Assembly: GCA_002506365.1 (NCBI GenBank)
Contig: DAXK01000025.1
Location: 34,692-98,691 of the forward strand
DNA: 64,000 nucleotides
Direction of reading: 5' to 3'
From: an archaeon UBA583
GTDB lineage: Archaea > Nanobdellota > Nanobdellia > Woesearchaeales > UBA583
Shown one piece after another: positions 1-9,578 of this stretch. The position numbers and the translations under genes were made by a program. Position 1 is the first letter of the stretch, and each line of letters opens with the position of its first letter. The notes under the pieces are model-generated. The model was not told the origin of the DNA. It did not search any database and saw only the letters and a list, made by a program, of their open reading frames with translations.

Positions 1-2679
1 ATTTAAACTCCAGATAATATTTTCATTGACATCATCACGATTTTTCATAGACATATGATTTGTATATCCGTTTTCATAACCAAATATAGCTCTATTTTCA
101 ATATGGGATAATGAATCATATAAATCTAAACCATCTTGATAGTTTAAAATTCTATCATTTGGGAAACCATTATATAATCTAATTTTATTAACTTCCACAT
201 TTGAAAAATCTATCATAGTATTTGGATTTGTTGCTAAATTATTATAAAAATTCATTAAGTTTAATGAAATTTTATCATGTCCAAAACCCAAAAATATTTT
301 TACCCAACCTGAGCCACCTAAACCTAGAATATTCGCATAATCACTAATCTCCAAATGAGTTAAATTACGTGTATTATTAATAAAATTTATAGCGTAATCT
401 CCAGCATTTAAATTTTCAACATTATTAATATAATATGGATGTACTGGACTACTTCTTGAACCTCTAGTGAAATCAGTATCATTGTTCAAAGTACTAGGAC
501 ATGCAATCCCGAAGAACTTGTCAACAGGCAACTCCGACATATCTACACTTTCCCAAGCACCATCAATTAAAACTTTTCCAGCATTATTTTTCCCATCTTT
601 TGAATACTCATTCAAACTAGATAAAGCAGCACGGCACCCATTACTGTGTCCAACATAATTAATTTGTGGTTTTTCTGAATAATATTGAACTGCGGCAATA
701 CTCGCAGGCCAGTGTGAATTAACTAAATCTCCATAAGTATAATCAGGTGAAGTTTCACTCTCAATATCAGGTCCACCAGTCATCTCCATAAGCCAAACAT
801 TTTGTCCATCTTGAACTAATTCTCTCCCAAAATCTTCAAAAGTATCAATATTACTAAATAAACCTCCACTCATAACAACTGGAGATTTATTTAATTCAAA
901 AGCATCAACAAACCCTTTAGAGTAGTCAATATTTAAATTCTTTAATCTTAATTGAACTTCTTGTTCATAAGATGTGTCTGCTGAATTAGTTTTAACAGTC
1001 TTAACACTTACATCAATATTATTACCATATAAAATGTTCTTAACTTGTGAAGCTAATAATTCATCATTGTTTAAAAAATTTTGACCCAGTCTATCATTAT
1101 TTAAAAAATCTACAACTGACAATCCCAATTTATCATAATTATCAATAATATCTAACTTTGGATTATTCGCAAACATCCAATCCATTTTTTTATTAACTAA
1201 CCTTTTAACTCCAGCAACACTACCAGGAATTCCATTTGAAGCAATTAAAATTAATGAGTTTTTAAATAAAACAGAAGAGGTGTATGGTTCCGTATAATCT
1301 TCATTAATAATTTTTAAGTTTTCTGATTCCTTCATTAAATTTTTCTTAGTTATAGCATTATCACCAACAACTAAATTATAATTAGCATCAAGTCTATTTG
1401 AAACAAGATTAAAATTACTATCTAAATAATCATAAACTACTTTATTAAGTTCGGGATAATTATCTCCAAAATCCACATCAACATATAAATTTAGATTATC
1501 ATAAGTAACCGGCAGTAATAAATAATTATTATTATAATCTTTTTCAAAAACATCTCCTGTAGGATTTATTTGTACATGAAAAAATTCCCCAACTTCAAGA
1601 TTTTTAAATTCGGTAATATTGATTTCATTAATTCCAAATTTAATATTTCTACCAATATGTTTTTCATCAATAATAATTCCTTTAACATTTTGTCTTTTAA
1701 TATTAAAAAATATATTTTCACCAATATTTTCTGAATTAACTTCAAACTTAAAAATATTATTTTCAGTATACACATTATTTGAGTCTATTGATAAATCCGC
1801 ATAACTTGAGATTTTAACTTTTTTCCAATTTTCTGGTGGTTCATAACCAGACTCACAAATTAATTCATTATCATTATTTACTACACAAAGAGTATTTGGC
1901 ATTCCTAAATTAACTGATTTAATATTTTCGGCAGGAAGTGTGTGAGGAAAATTACAATCCAAATTCCCATTTGTCATAATCCCACACACATTCTGACTTC
2001 TACCAACTGAAATTGAATTTAGTTTTTTATTTGTTACATTATATTTTTGTCTAGCATTATTGGACCTATGCCAACAAAAAGCATCATCATAAACATTTAC
2101 TGTACAAAAATAACTATTTTTAGTATCAACTGATTTAACTTTTTCCCAGTTTTTTGGAATATTAAAAAAGTCACCGTTGGAATCCCAACATGTAAGTTTA
2201 TTATTTAAATCAATTACGCAAGTATCAATAACTCCAGCCACAACACTTTGAATATTTGTCTCAAATCCTTGCGGAATTATTGTACTTACTCCACCTGAAA
2301 AACACCCTAACTCATCATTGAGATTAACAATACAAAACAAATAATGACCTACACTCACAGATTTAACATTCTTTTTCCAATAATCAGGAATATCAAAAGA
2401 TAATCTCCCATTCCCACCCCTAGGTCCAATATCATCACAATATAAAGAATTATCGTTTTTAACTACACAAGCAAAACCGTCCCAAACTGAAACTTCTTTA
2501 ACATTAGAATTAAATCCAGGTGGAAATTGTTCTAAAGAAGAACTTCCAGCCCAACACCCAAGTTCATCATTTTGGTTAATTGAACAAACAATTTGAATCC
2601 CTGACGAAGATTCACCAGATGAACCAGAAGCATTACCAACACCAAAAAACATTACAAAAAATACAAAAATGAAACTCAT
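1..2679 (-). CDS. Secreted multidomain protein, C-terminus cut by the window edge: signal peptide, seven Cys-paired RCC1-like propeller blades, a middle region, and a lipase-type alpha/beta hydrolase
   Basis: Absent from the ORF track because no stop lies inside the window. My reverse translation from the ATG at 2679-2677 stays open to base 1 (893 codons). It begins MSFIFVFFVMFFGVGNASG. It has seven ~50-aa units such as VKSVSVGHYLFCIVNLNDELGC. It then shows VGHSNGC (GxSxG elbow, about 636-650), followed by NDRIL and NHMSM as candidate Asp and His. Confidence 0.7.
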   Translation of the reverse strand, partial: MSFIFVFFVMFFGVGNASGSSGESSSGIQIVCSINQNDELGCWAGSSSLEQFPPGFNSNVKEVSVWDGFACVVKNDNSLYCDDIGPRGGNGRLSFDIPDYWKKNVKSVSVGHYLFCIVNLNDELGCFSGGVSTIIPQGFETNIQSVVAGVIDTCVIDLNNKLTCWDSNGDFFNIPKNWEKVKSVDTKNSYFCTVNVYDDAFCWHRSNNARQKYNVTNKKLNSISVGRSQNVCGIMTNGNLDCNFPHTLPAENIKSVNLGMPNTLCVVNNDNELICESGYEPPENWKKVKISSYADLSIDSNNVYTENNIFKFEVNSENIGENIFFNIKRQNVKGIIIDEKHIGRNIKFGINEINITEFKNLEVGEFFHVQINPTGDVFEKDYNNNYLLLPVTYDNLNLYVDVDFGDNYPELNKVVYDYLDSNFNLVSNRLDANYNLVVGDNAITKKNLMKESENLKIINEDYTEPYTSSVLFKNSLILIASNGIPGSVAGVKRLVNKKMDWMFANNPKLDIIDNYDKLGLSVVDFLNNDRLGQNFLNNDELLASQVKNILYGNNIDVSVKTVKTNSADTSYEQEVQLRLKNLNIDYSKGFVDAFELNKSPVVMSGGLFSNIDTFEDFGRELVQDGQNVWLMEMTGGPDIESETSPDYTYGDLVNSHWPASIAAVQYYSEKPQINYVGHSNGCRAALSSLNEYSKDGKNNAGKVLIDGAWESVDMSELPVDKFFGIACPSTLNNDTDFTRGSRSSPVHPYYINNVENLNAGDYAINFINNTRNLTHLEISDYANILGLGGSGWVKIFLGFGHDKISLNLMNFYNNLATNPNTMIDFSNVEVNKIRLYNGFPNDRILNYQDGLDLYDSLSHIENRAIFGYENGYTNHMSMKNRDDVNENIIWSLN

Positions 2680-2905
2680 TCTTTTAATTAAATTTAAATT
2701 TAATCCTTTTAACATAACACCAACACTCCAAAAAACTTTTATAAATAATTGTATAAATTAACAAATTAAATCAAAATAGGAGTTTATAAAACAATTTAAT
2801 AAACAAAACATTTGAAAATCAAAGTAAATTAAATTAAACAACTCCAATCATAATTTAACAATTACAATTCAAATTTATAAATAAAATAATTATTAAATAT
2901 ATTAA

Positions 2906-5900
2906 ATGGATTTAAAAAAATCTCTCAAAATAATATTTATGCTAACTTTATTTTTTCAAGTAAGTTACGCATTTGATTTAGATTCATTAATTAACTCTTA
3001 CGATTATACTTTTGAAAACGGAGTGGTTAATGTAGTACAAACGCAAGATAGTTTAATTGATACAAATCAAAATAACCTAACAGATAAATTAGAATTTAAT
3101 ATTGAAACAAATATATTTAATTCTAATTTAACAAATTACACAATAAGTGTGATATTAGATAATAAAAATTATATCTCCGAATATGTGAATTTAGAATCGA
3201 CTTTTTCAAAGATTCAAATTCCAACATATTTATTAAATGAAAATCAATATAATTATACAATTGAAATTAAAAATCAATTTAATTCAGTTGTATTTAGAAT
3301 GGATAATTATCAAACACAAATTTTAGATAATTACGAAACAGGATTTAATTTATATTCAACAATAGACAAATTAAATTTAGAAAATGAAATTCAATTCGAC
3401 TTAGAGTTTTCACAAATTCCAGAATTTGAAAATAAACAAGTTACTTTATTTTTAGAATACAATAACCAAACTTTAATTTATTCAAAAGAAGTTTTATTTG
3501 AAAATCCAAATCAATTAATTTCATTTAATATTCCAAAAGAAAATATTTTCCAAACAAAACACACAGGGAAATTTAAGTTAAAATCAATACTAGTAGATAA
3601 TAAAAGAATTTATTTAGATAATTATACAACAGATAGTTATTCATACATTGAATTTACAAATAAAAGTTTTATCACATCACAAGATTACTCTTTAGAAGAT
3701 TTAGATAATAATTCTTTATATGAAAAACTAAATATTAATTTTAACTTAAACATTGTTGAACAATCAAATTATGAAATAACATTTTCATTATTTGACTCAA
3801 ACAATAATTTTGTAAATACTTATTCAATTCAAAATGAATTAACAAATACAAATAATATTTTAACTCACTCATTTGACGGTGAAGAATTTTACAGAACTAA
3901 AATTAATGGACCATACACAATTAAAAATATTTATTTAAAACAAATAAATCAAAATTTAAATACTTCAGAAGTTATTGATGTTTCAAAAAATGAAATTACA
4001 ACTGAGCAAATTTCATACTTACAATTTGAAAAACCAACATTACCTGAATTAAATACTAAATTAATTACAACATTTGATGAATTAACAAATCAAACACAAT
4101 TAATTGTAATTGTAAATAACAATGGAACTTTCCCAGCATTTAATTTTAATTTAGAATTATTTAACTCAAAAGAATTTAGTTTCTCAGATAATATAATGTT
4201 TTTAAATACTGGTGAATCCATTAATTATTCATTTATATTTAACAATACAAATGGGTCTGAATTATATACATCATTAATTGATTCAAATAACTTTGTTGAT
4301 GAACTAAATGAAGAAAACAATCAAAACCAAATTAAAGGAATTGAACAAATTATTGACCAATCAGTTTGTGGACTAGAAAAATTACCAAACAAATTGATTT
4401 TTATAGATAGTAATTGTAATCCAATTATAAACGCTAGAGTAAATCTTCTAAAAGAAACTGGAACATATATTAAATATCTAAGAACAGACTCAAACGGAAT
4501 TGTTGACTTTTCAAATGATATATCACTAAATGGAAATAAATTCCAAATTGACCACAATGGAGCTAAATTTACAACAGAAATAAATAGTTTATTCAATGGT
4601 TCAATAATCCAATCTAAAGCATATTCATTAAAAGTTCTAGATAACAATAATGAACCAATTAAAAATGCGAGAATTAATCTCCTAAAAGAAACTGGGACAT
4701 ACATTAAATATCTAAGAACAAATGAAAATGGAACAGTTACTTTCCAAGTTGTACCAAACGCAAATATGAAGTTCCAAATTGATTACAACGGAGCCAAATA
4801 TTCAATGCCAGTAAACAACGATAATCAAATTAAAATTAATACAAAAGGATATTCACTAAAAGTTCTAGATAACAATAATGGACCAATTTCAAATGCAAGA
4901 GTAAATCTCCTAAAGGAATCAGGAACATATATTAAATATCTAAGAACAGATTCAAACGGAATTGTAACTTTCCAAAATGTACCAAATGCAAAACAACAAT
5001 TTCAAGTTGATTATAACGGAGCTAAATATTCAATGTATGTAAACAATGACACTCAAATTACAATTAATACTAAAGCATACTCTCTAAAAGTTTTAGATAA
5101 TAATAATGAACCAATTAATAATGTAAGAGTAAATCTCCTAAAAGAATCAGGAACATACATTAAATATCTAAGAACAGATTCAAACGGAATTGTAACTTTC
5201 CAAAATGTACCAAATGCAAAACAACAATTTCAAATTGATTACAACGGAGCTAAATATTCGATGTATGTAAACAATGACACTCAAATTACAATTAATACTA
5301 AAGCATACTCCCTAAAAGTTTTAGATAACAATAACAAACCAATTTCAAATGCGAGAGTAAATCTCCTAAAAGAAGCTGGAACATATATTAAATATTTAAG
5401 AACAGACACAAATGGAATTGTCACGTTTCAAAATGTGCCTAATGCAAAACAAAAATTCCAAATTGACCACAACGGAGCTAAATATTCAATACCAGTAAAT
5501 AATGACACTCAAATTACATTAAACACATTAGGATATTCATTAAAAGTTTTAGATAACAATAATGAACCAATTAACAATGTAAGAGTAAACTTACTAAAAG
5601 AATCTGGAACTTACATCAAATATTTAAGAACAGATTCAAATGGAGTTGTAACTTTCCAAAATGTACCAAATGCAAAACAACAATTTCAAATTGACCATAA
5701 TGGAGCAAAATATTCAATACCTGTAAATAACAATTCACAAATCATTATGAATACAAAGGGTTATTCATTAAAAGTTTTAGATAACAATAATGAACCAATT
5801 AATAATGTAAGAGTGAATTTACTAAAAGAGTCTGGGACTTACATCAAATATTTAAGAACAGATTCAAATGGAGTTGTAATTTTCCAAAATGTACCAAATG

Positions 5901-6484
5901 CAAAACAACAATTTCAAATTGACCACAATGGAGCAAAATATTCAATGCCAGTAAATAATGATACACAAATCACAATAAATACAAAAGCATATAGTTTGAA
6001 CCTAATTAATAGTCAAAACCTACCAATTAATAATGCTAGAGTAAATTTATTAAAATCATCAGGAACATACATCAAATACAAAAAAACAAATACAAATGGA
6101 ACAGTAATATTCCAAGTGGTACCAAATGCTAATCACAAATTCCAATTAGATTATAATGGAGATAAATATACTAGCCAATCAGTCTCAAACACAGAACCAA
6201 TTAGTGTTCAAACTTTTTCATTCGGAGGATTATTTGTTGATAGTTCATGTACTCCAACTGAAAATGTAAGATTTAATTTATTAAAAGAATCTGGAACATA
6301 TGTAAAAAATTTAAAAACTAATGGTTTAGGGGAAGGATCTTTTGAAGTTGTTCCAAATGCAAATATGAAAATTCAAGTTGACCATAATAGTCTTAAAGAA
6401 ACAACACAAGTATATTCAATTAATCAAAATACAAATTTAAATATTCAAACTTCACACAATTTAGGATGTTATAATAATTCTTAA
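2906..6484 (+). CDS. Secreted 1192-aa adhesin-like protein: signal peptide, CARDB-like segment, nine tandem carboxypeptidase-regulatory-like (prealbumin-fold) repeats
   Basis: ORF track. N-terminal hydrophobic signal IIFMLTLFFQVSYA. CARDB-like segment VNNNGTFPAFNFNLELFNS...DELNEENN. Repeat consensus YSLKVLDNNNEPINNVRVNLLKESGTYIKYLRTDSNGIVTFQNVPNAKQQFQIDYNGAKY. Confidence 0.85.
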   Translation: MDLKKSLKIIFMLTLFFQVSYAFDLDSLINSYDYTFENGVVNVVQTQDSLIDTNQNNLTDKLEFNIETNIFNSNLTNYTISVILDNKNYISEYVNLESTFSKIQIPTYLLNENQYNYTIEIKNQFNSVVFRMDNYQTQILDNYETGFNLYSTIDKLNLENEIQFDLEFSQIPEFENKQVTLFLEYNNQTLIYSKEVLFENPNQLISFNIPKENIFQTKHTGKFKLKSILVDNKRIYLDNYTTDSYSYIEFTNKSFITSQDYSLEDLDNNSLYEKLNINFNLNIVEQSNYEITFSLFDSNNNFVNTYSIQNELTNTNNILTHSFDGEEFYRTKINGPYTIKNIYLKQINQNLNTSEVIDVSKNEITTEQISYLQFEKPTLPELNTKLITTFDELTNQTQLIVIVNNNGTFPAFNFNLELFNSKEFSFSDNIMFLNTGESINYSFIFNNTNGSELYTSLIDSNNFVDELNEENNQNQIKGIEQIIDQSVCGLEKLPNKLIFIDSNCNPIINARVNLLKETGTYIKYLRTDSNGIVDFSNDISLNGNKFQIDHNGAKFTTEINSLFNGSIIQSKAYSLKVLDNNNEPIKNARINLLKETGTYIKYLRTNENGTVTFQVVPNANMKFQIDYNGAKYSMPVNNDNQIKINTKGYSLKVLDNNNGPISNARVNLLKESGTYIKYLRTDSNGIVTFQNVPNAKQQFQVDYNGAKYSMYVNNDTQITINTKAYSLKVLDNNNEPINNVRVNLLKESGTYIKYLRTDSNGIVTFQNVPNAKQQFQIDYNGAKYSMYVNNDTQITINTKAYSLKVLDNNNKPISNARVNLLKEAGTYIKYLRTDTNGIVTFQNVPNAKQKFQIDHNGAKYSIPVNNDTQITLNTLGYSLKVLDNNNEPINNVRVNLLKESGTYIKYLRTDSNGVVTFQNVPNAKQQFQIDHNGAKYSIPVNNNSQIIMNTKGYSLKVLDNNNEPINNVRVNLLKESGTYIKYLRTDSNGVVIFQNVPNAKQQFQIDHNGAKYSMPVNNDTQITINTKAYSLNLINSQNLPINNARVNLLKSSGTYIKYKKTNTNGTVIFQVVPNANHKFQLDYNGDKYTSQSVSNTEPISVQTFSFGGLFVDSSCTPTENVRFNLLKESGTYVKNLKTNGLGEGSFEVVPNANMKIQVDHNSLKETTQVYSINQNTNLNIQTSHNLGCYNNS
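4394..6481 (+). repeat. Nine in-frame tandem repeats of about 228 bp (76 aa) inside the 1192-aa gene
   Basis: I verified unit starts at 4622, 4850, 5078, 5306 and 5990, an exact 228-bp period. Units 3/4 and 6/7 are almost identical at nucleotide level over more than 100 nt. The first and last two units are diverged. Confidence 0.95.
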
Positions 6485-6578
6485 ATTTTTTATTTTTTAA
6501 ATTAAATAAACAACAACTACCAAATTAAAATAATTCTTTTTAAACCCAATTCATTGAAATACAATTAGGTAAAACAAA

Positions 6579-7901
6579 ATGTACGATATTATTCTAGGTC
6601 GGTCAAAAGGAGACCAAAAAAAATACGGAAAAAAAGGAACAGTATATATTGGAAAACAATATATTCAAATGGGAAACGAATCCTCATTATCCAATCCAAT
6701 TTATATGGATGTTGCCCGTGCCCACGCAATGCTAATAGTAGGAAAAAGAGGAGGGGGGAAATCCTATACTATGGGATCACTAGCCGAAGGACTAGCAGAT
6801 ATGGAACCAGAAGTTGCTGAAAACTTAGCCTTTGTTTTAATGGATACCATGGGAGTTTATTGGTCAATGAAATACGCCAACGAAAAAGAAGATGAACTTC
6901 TAAAAAGATGGGGACTTGAAGGAAAAGGACTTGATGTTCAAATCTATGTGCCAGGTGGATTTTATAATAAATACAAAGAAGATGGAATCCCAGTAGACTT
7001 CCCACTATACATTCAACCAAGAGAACTTTCGGTTGAAGACTGGATGCAAGTATTTAAATTACAATCAGATAATTTTATTTCAGTAATTATTTCAAAAATT
7101 GTTGGAGACCTTCTAACCACAAATAATAATTTCTCAATTGACGATATTATTAATAAAATTAATTCCTACGACAGAATTGATGATAAAGAAAAACTAACAG
7201 CATCAATGCGTTTTGAAAACACAAAAAACTGGGGAATTTTCTCAACAACAGCTACAAAAATTAAAGACTTACTACACGGAGGAAAAGTAACTGTAATTGA
7301 TTATTCTCCATTTGTAGCTTTACCTGGTGGTTGGGAAGTTAAAGCATTAGTATTAGGACTAATTTCAAAAAAGATTTTTGTAGAAAGAATGCTTGTAAGA
7401 AAAAATGAAGAAAAACAACAAATCTCTGCAAAAACTCAAGTAGTTCAAGAACTAGAAGAAATTGATGATATTCCAATGCCTTGGTTAATTGTAGACGAAG
7501 CACACGAATTCTTACCAAGAGGAGCAGACGATGAAGTTCCATCAAGTAAAGCTCTAATTACAATTCTAAGAGAAGGACGTCAACCAGGAGTAAGTTTAAT
7601 TTTAGCAACACAACAACCAGCTAAAATCCACACTGATGCAATCACACAATCTGACATCGTTTTAGCCCATAGAATTACTGCAAGTTTTGACCTTGAAGCA
7701 CTAGATAAAATCTTTTTATCCTATGATAGTAAAGGAAGTAAAGCACTATTTAACTCAATGCCAAGAACAAAAGGATGTGCAATTATCATGGACGATAAAA
7801 ACGAAAGACTACACACAATGCAAGTTAAACCAAGAATTAGTTGGCACGGTGGAGAAGACCCAAACGCAATCAGAGAAATAGAAGACGAATTTGATTTCTA
7901 A
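6579..7901 (+). CDS. HerA/DUF87-family P-loop ATPase (FtsK-HerA superfamily)
   Basis: Walker A VGKRGGGKSYT. Walker B WLIVDEAHEF. Distal LILATQQP and AHRI motifs typical of archaeal HerA-like (COG0433-type) ATPases. Confidence 0.75.
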   Translation: MYDIILGRSKGDQKKYGKKGTVYIGKQYIQMGNESSLSNPIYMDVARAHAMLIVGKRGGGKSYTMGSLAEGLADMEPEVAENLAFVLMDTMGVYWSMKYANEKEDELLKRWGLEGKGLDVQIYVPGGFYNKYKEDGIPVDFPLYIQPRELSVEDWMQVFKLQSDNFISVIISKIVGDLLTTNNNFSIDDIINKINSYDRIDDKEKLTASMRFENTKNWGIFSTTATKIKDLLHGGKVTVIDYSPFVALPGGWEVKALVLGLISKKIFVERMLVRKNEEKQQISAKTQVVQELEEIDDIPMPWLIVDEAHEFLPRGADDEVPSSKALITILREGRQPGVSLILATQQPAKIHTDAITQSDIVLAHRITASFDLEALDKIFLSYDSKGSKALFNSMPRTKGCAIIMDDKNERLHTMQVKPRISWHGGEDPNAIREIEDEFDF

Positions 7902-7950
7902 AAAAAGACTATTTTAAATTTAATAAAATAAAAATAAATATTTTTTAAAC

Positions 7951-8232
7951 TTACTTAAAACCAATATAATTATCCAAATTAATTTCTTTTCCAATAATAT
8001 GAGTATTTGTAGGAAAATATTTAATATTCCTATCACTCTGACTTCGAACATACCCAATTAACTCACTCGAACGAGCACCAGTTAAAGTAATAGTTTCATT
8101 AAAATCAGATAAATCTAAATCCTTAAAAGAATCAGCAATTAATTTTCCAAGTCCCTTCAAATCAGTATTAAAATTAGCAGGCACAAGCAATATCTCAGAA
8201 TTATTATTATTTAGGTTGTATTTTCTATCCAT
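7951..8232 (-). CDS. Hypothetical 93-aa protein
   Basis: ORF track only. It fills an otherwise empty gap. No motif recognised. Confidence 0.4.
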   Translation of the reverse strand: MDRKYNLNNNNSEILLVPANFNTDLKGLGKLIADSFKDLDLSDFNETITLTGARSSELIGYVRSQSDRNIKYFPTNTHIIGKEINLDNYIGFK

Positions 8233-8289
8233 CCTAAAAAAAACAACACAACTTTAAACTTTATAAATGTATTCGTGTTACTTATTAGT

Positions 8290-9513
8290 ATGAAAAAAAA
8301 CTCTTTGAAAGCAAAATTAACTGGAATTTTACCAGATGATGTAATTAACAAAGTAAATAGAAGTTTTGAAGTTGTTGGAGACATTGCAATTATTGAAATC
8401 TCTGAAGAACTAGAACAATATGAAAAACAAATTGGAGAAGCTTTACTACAAGTAAATGTTTCACTAAAAACAATTCTAAAAAAATCAGGAATTCACCACG
8501 GAGAATTTAGAACTCAAGATTTAGTATATGTAGCCGGTGTTGAAAAATACGAAACTGAATACTTAGAAAACGGAGTAAGATTTAAACTAAATCCTGGAAG
8601 AGTTTACTTCTCAGCAAGATTATCTACTGAAAGATCAGATCTTATGAGTATGCTTGATGAAAATCAAAGAGTATTAGTAATGTTTAGTGGTGCTGGACCA
8701 TATTCACTAACAGCACTAAAAATGAAACCAAACTTACCACTATTAACAGCTATCGAAATTAATCCTAACGGACACAAATACGCTACAGAAAGTTTAGCCC
8801 TAAATAAAAATATTTTAAAAAAAACAAAACAATACCAAAGTTTTCTAAAATTTGTAAAATCTCATAAACTTCCAGTTTTAGAAAAAAACACACTACCAAT
8901 GTTTAACAAAACAAAAGTAAACTTCATTAATGGAAATGTAAGAATTGAAACAAGAGAATTTCATTCAAAATTTGCTGATAAAAAGATTGAATTTTACGAC
9001 AACAATATTTTTGATTACGAATTTAAAAATATCTATCACATCCTAGACCAACTAAAAGATACTAAGATTAATATCGATGTATCAAAAATTCACAAAATTG
9101 ATGAATTTATTAATTTTTTTATTTTATTTTTCGACAAATTTCAATGGACTGCAAAAATCGAAAATAAAGATTATGTTTTTGAAAACTCAATTGAAAAAGC
9201 AGTATTTTTAGAATATTTAAGAAATCAAGAAAATAGAAAAATCGAAGAATTACACAAATATGATGAAATATATATGCCATTACCAAAAGATGCTGAATTA
9301 TTCCTAGATTGCGCATTTAGAAGTGCTGCTCCAGGTGCAATTGTCCATATGTATGACTTTGTCCATGAAAATGATTTCCCAAGTAAATCAGAAAATGCCG
9401 TAATTAAATCAGCTGAAAAAAATAATGTTAAAGTTGAAATTATTGAAACAAGAAAAGTAGGACAATACTCCCCAAGAAAATATAGAGTGTGCTGCGATTT
9501 CAAAGTTTTATAA
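8290..9513 (+). CDS. trm5: tRNA (guanine37-N1)-methyltransferase Trm5/Taw2-like (Met-10+ family) with large internal insertions
   Basis: FEVVGDIAIIEI, GVRFKLNPGRVYFSARLSTER, VLVMFSGAGPYSL, AIEINP and IYMPLPKDAELFLDCA match the Trm5/Taw2 order of motifs. The ORF track starts at GTG 8275. The ATG at 8290 (MKKNS) is the more likely start. Confidence 0.75.
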   Translation: MKKNSLKAKLTGILPDDVINKVNRSFEVVGDIAIIEISEELEQYEKQIGEALLQVNVSLKTILKKSGIHHGEFRTQDLVYVAGVEKYETEYLENGVRFKLNPGRVYFSARLSTERSDLMSMLDENQRVLVMFSGAGPYSLTALKMKPNLPLLTAIEINPNGHKYATESLALNKNILKKTKQYQSFLKFVKSHKLPVLEKNTLPMFNKTKVNFINGNVRIETREFHSKFADKKIEFYDNNIFDYEFKNIYHILDQLKDTKINIDVSKIHKIDEFINFFILFFDKFQWTAKIENKDYVFENSIEKAVFLEYLRNQENRKIEELHKYDEIYMPLPKDAELFLDCAFRSAAPGAIVHMYDFVHENDFPSKSENAVIKSAEKNNVKVEIIETRKVGQYSPRKYRVCCDFKVL

Positions 9514-9578
9514 TAAAACTTTTAATCAAAATTTTAATTCTTTAAAAAATAAAAAACAAATATCTCCACAAGAAATAT

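Noticed and set aside
467-1804. Three small ORFs in the track (467-658 +, 1566-1775 -, 1619-1804 +)
   Set aside because: All lie inside the 893-codon edge-truncated minus-strand ORF, in other frames or on the other strand. Their composition is low-complexity and typical of shadow ORFs in AT-rich DNA.
4321-4704. 127-aa minus-strand ORF inside the repeat region
   Set aside because: It is antisense to the strongly supported 1192-aa gene. Its own internal repetition simply mirrors the sense-strand repeats.
4394-6481. Tandem 228-bp repeats considered as a CRISPR array or satellite
   Set aside because: There is no spacer/repeat alternation. The units are contiguous, in frame and translate into a conserved 76-aa domain. 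They are coding repeats.
6769-7545. Minus-strand ORFs 6769-7020 and 7339-7545
   Set aside because: They are antisense shadows within the HerA-like ATPase gene.
9119-9503. Minus-strand ORFs 9119-9316 and 9225-9503
   Set aside because: They are antisense to the conserved C-terminal Trm5 motifs. No motif of their own.
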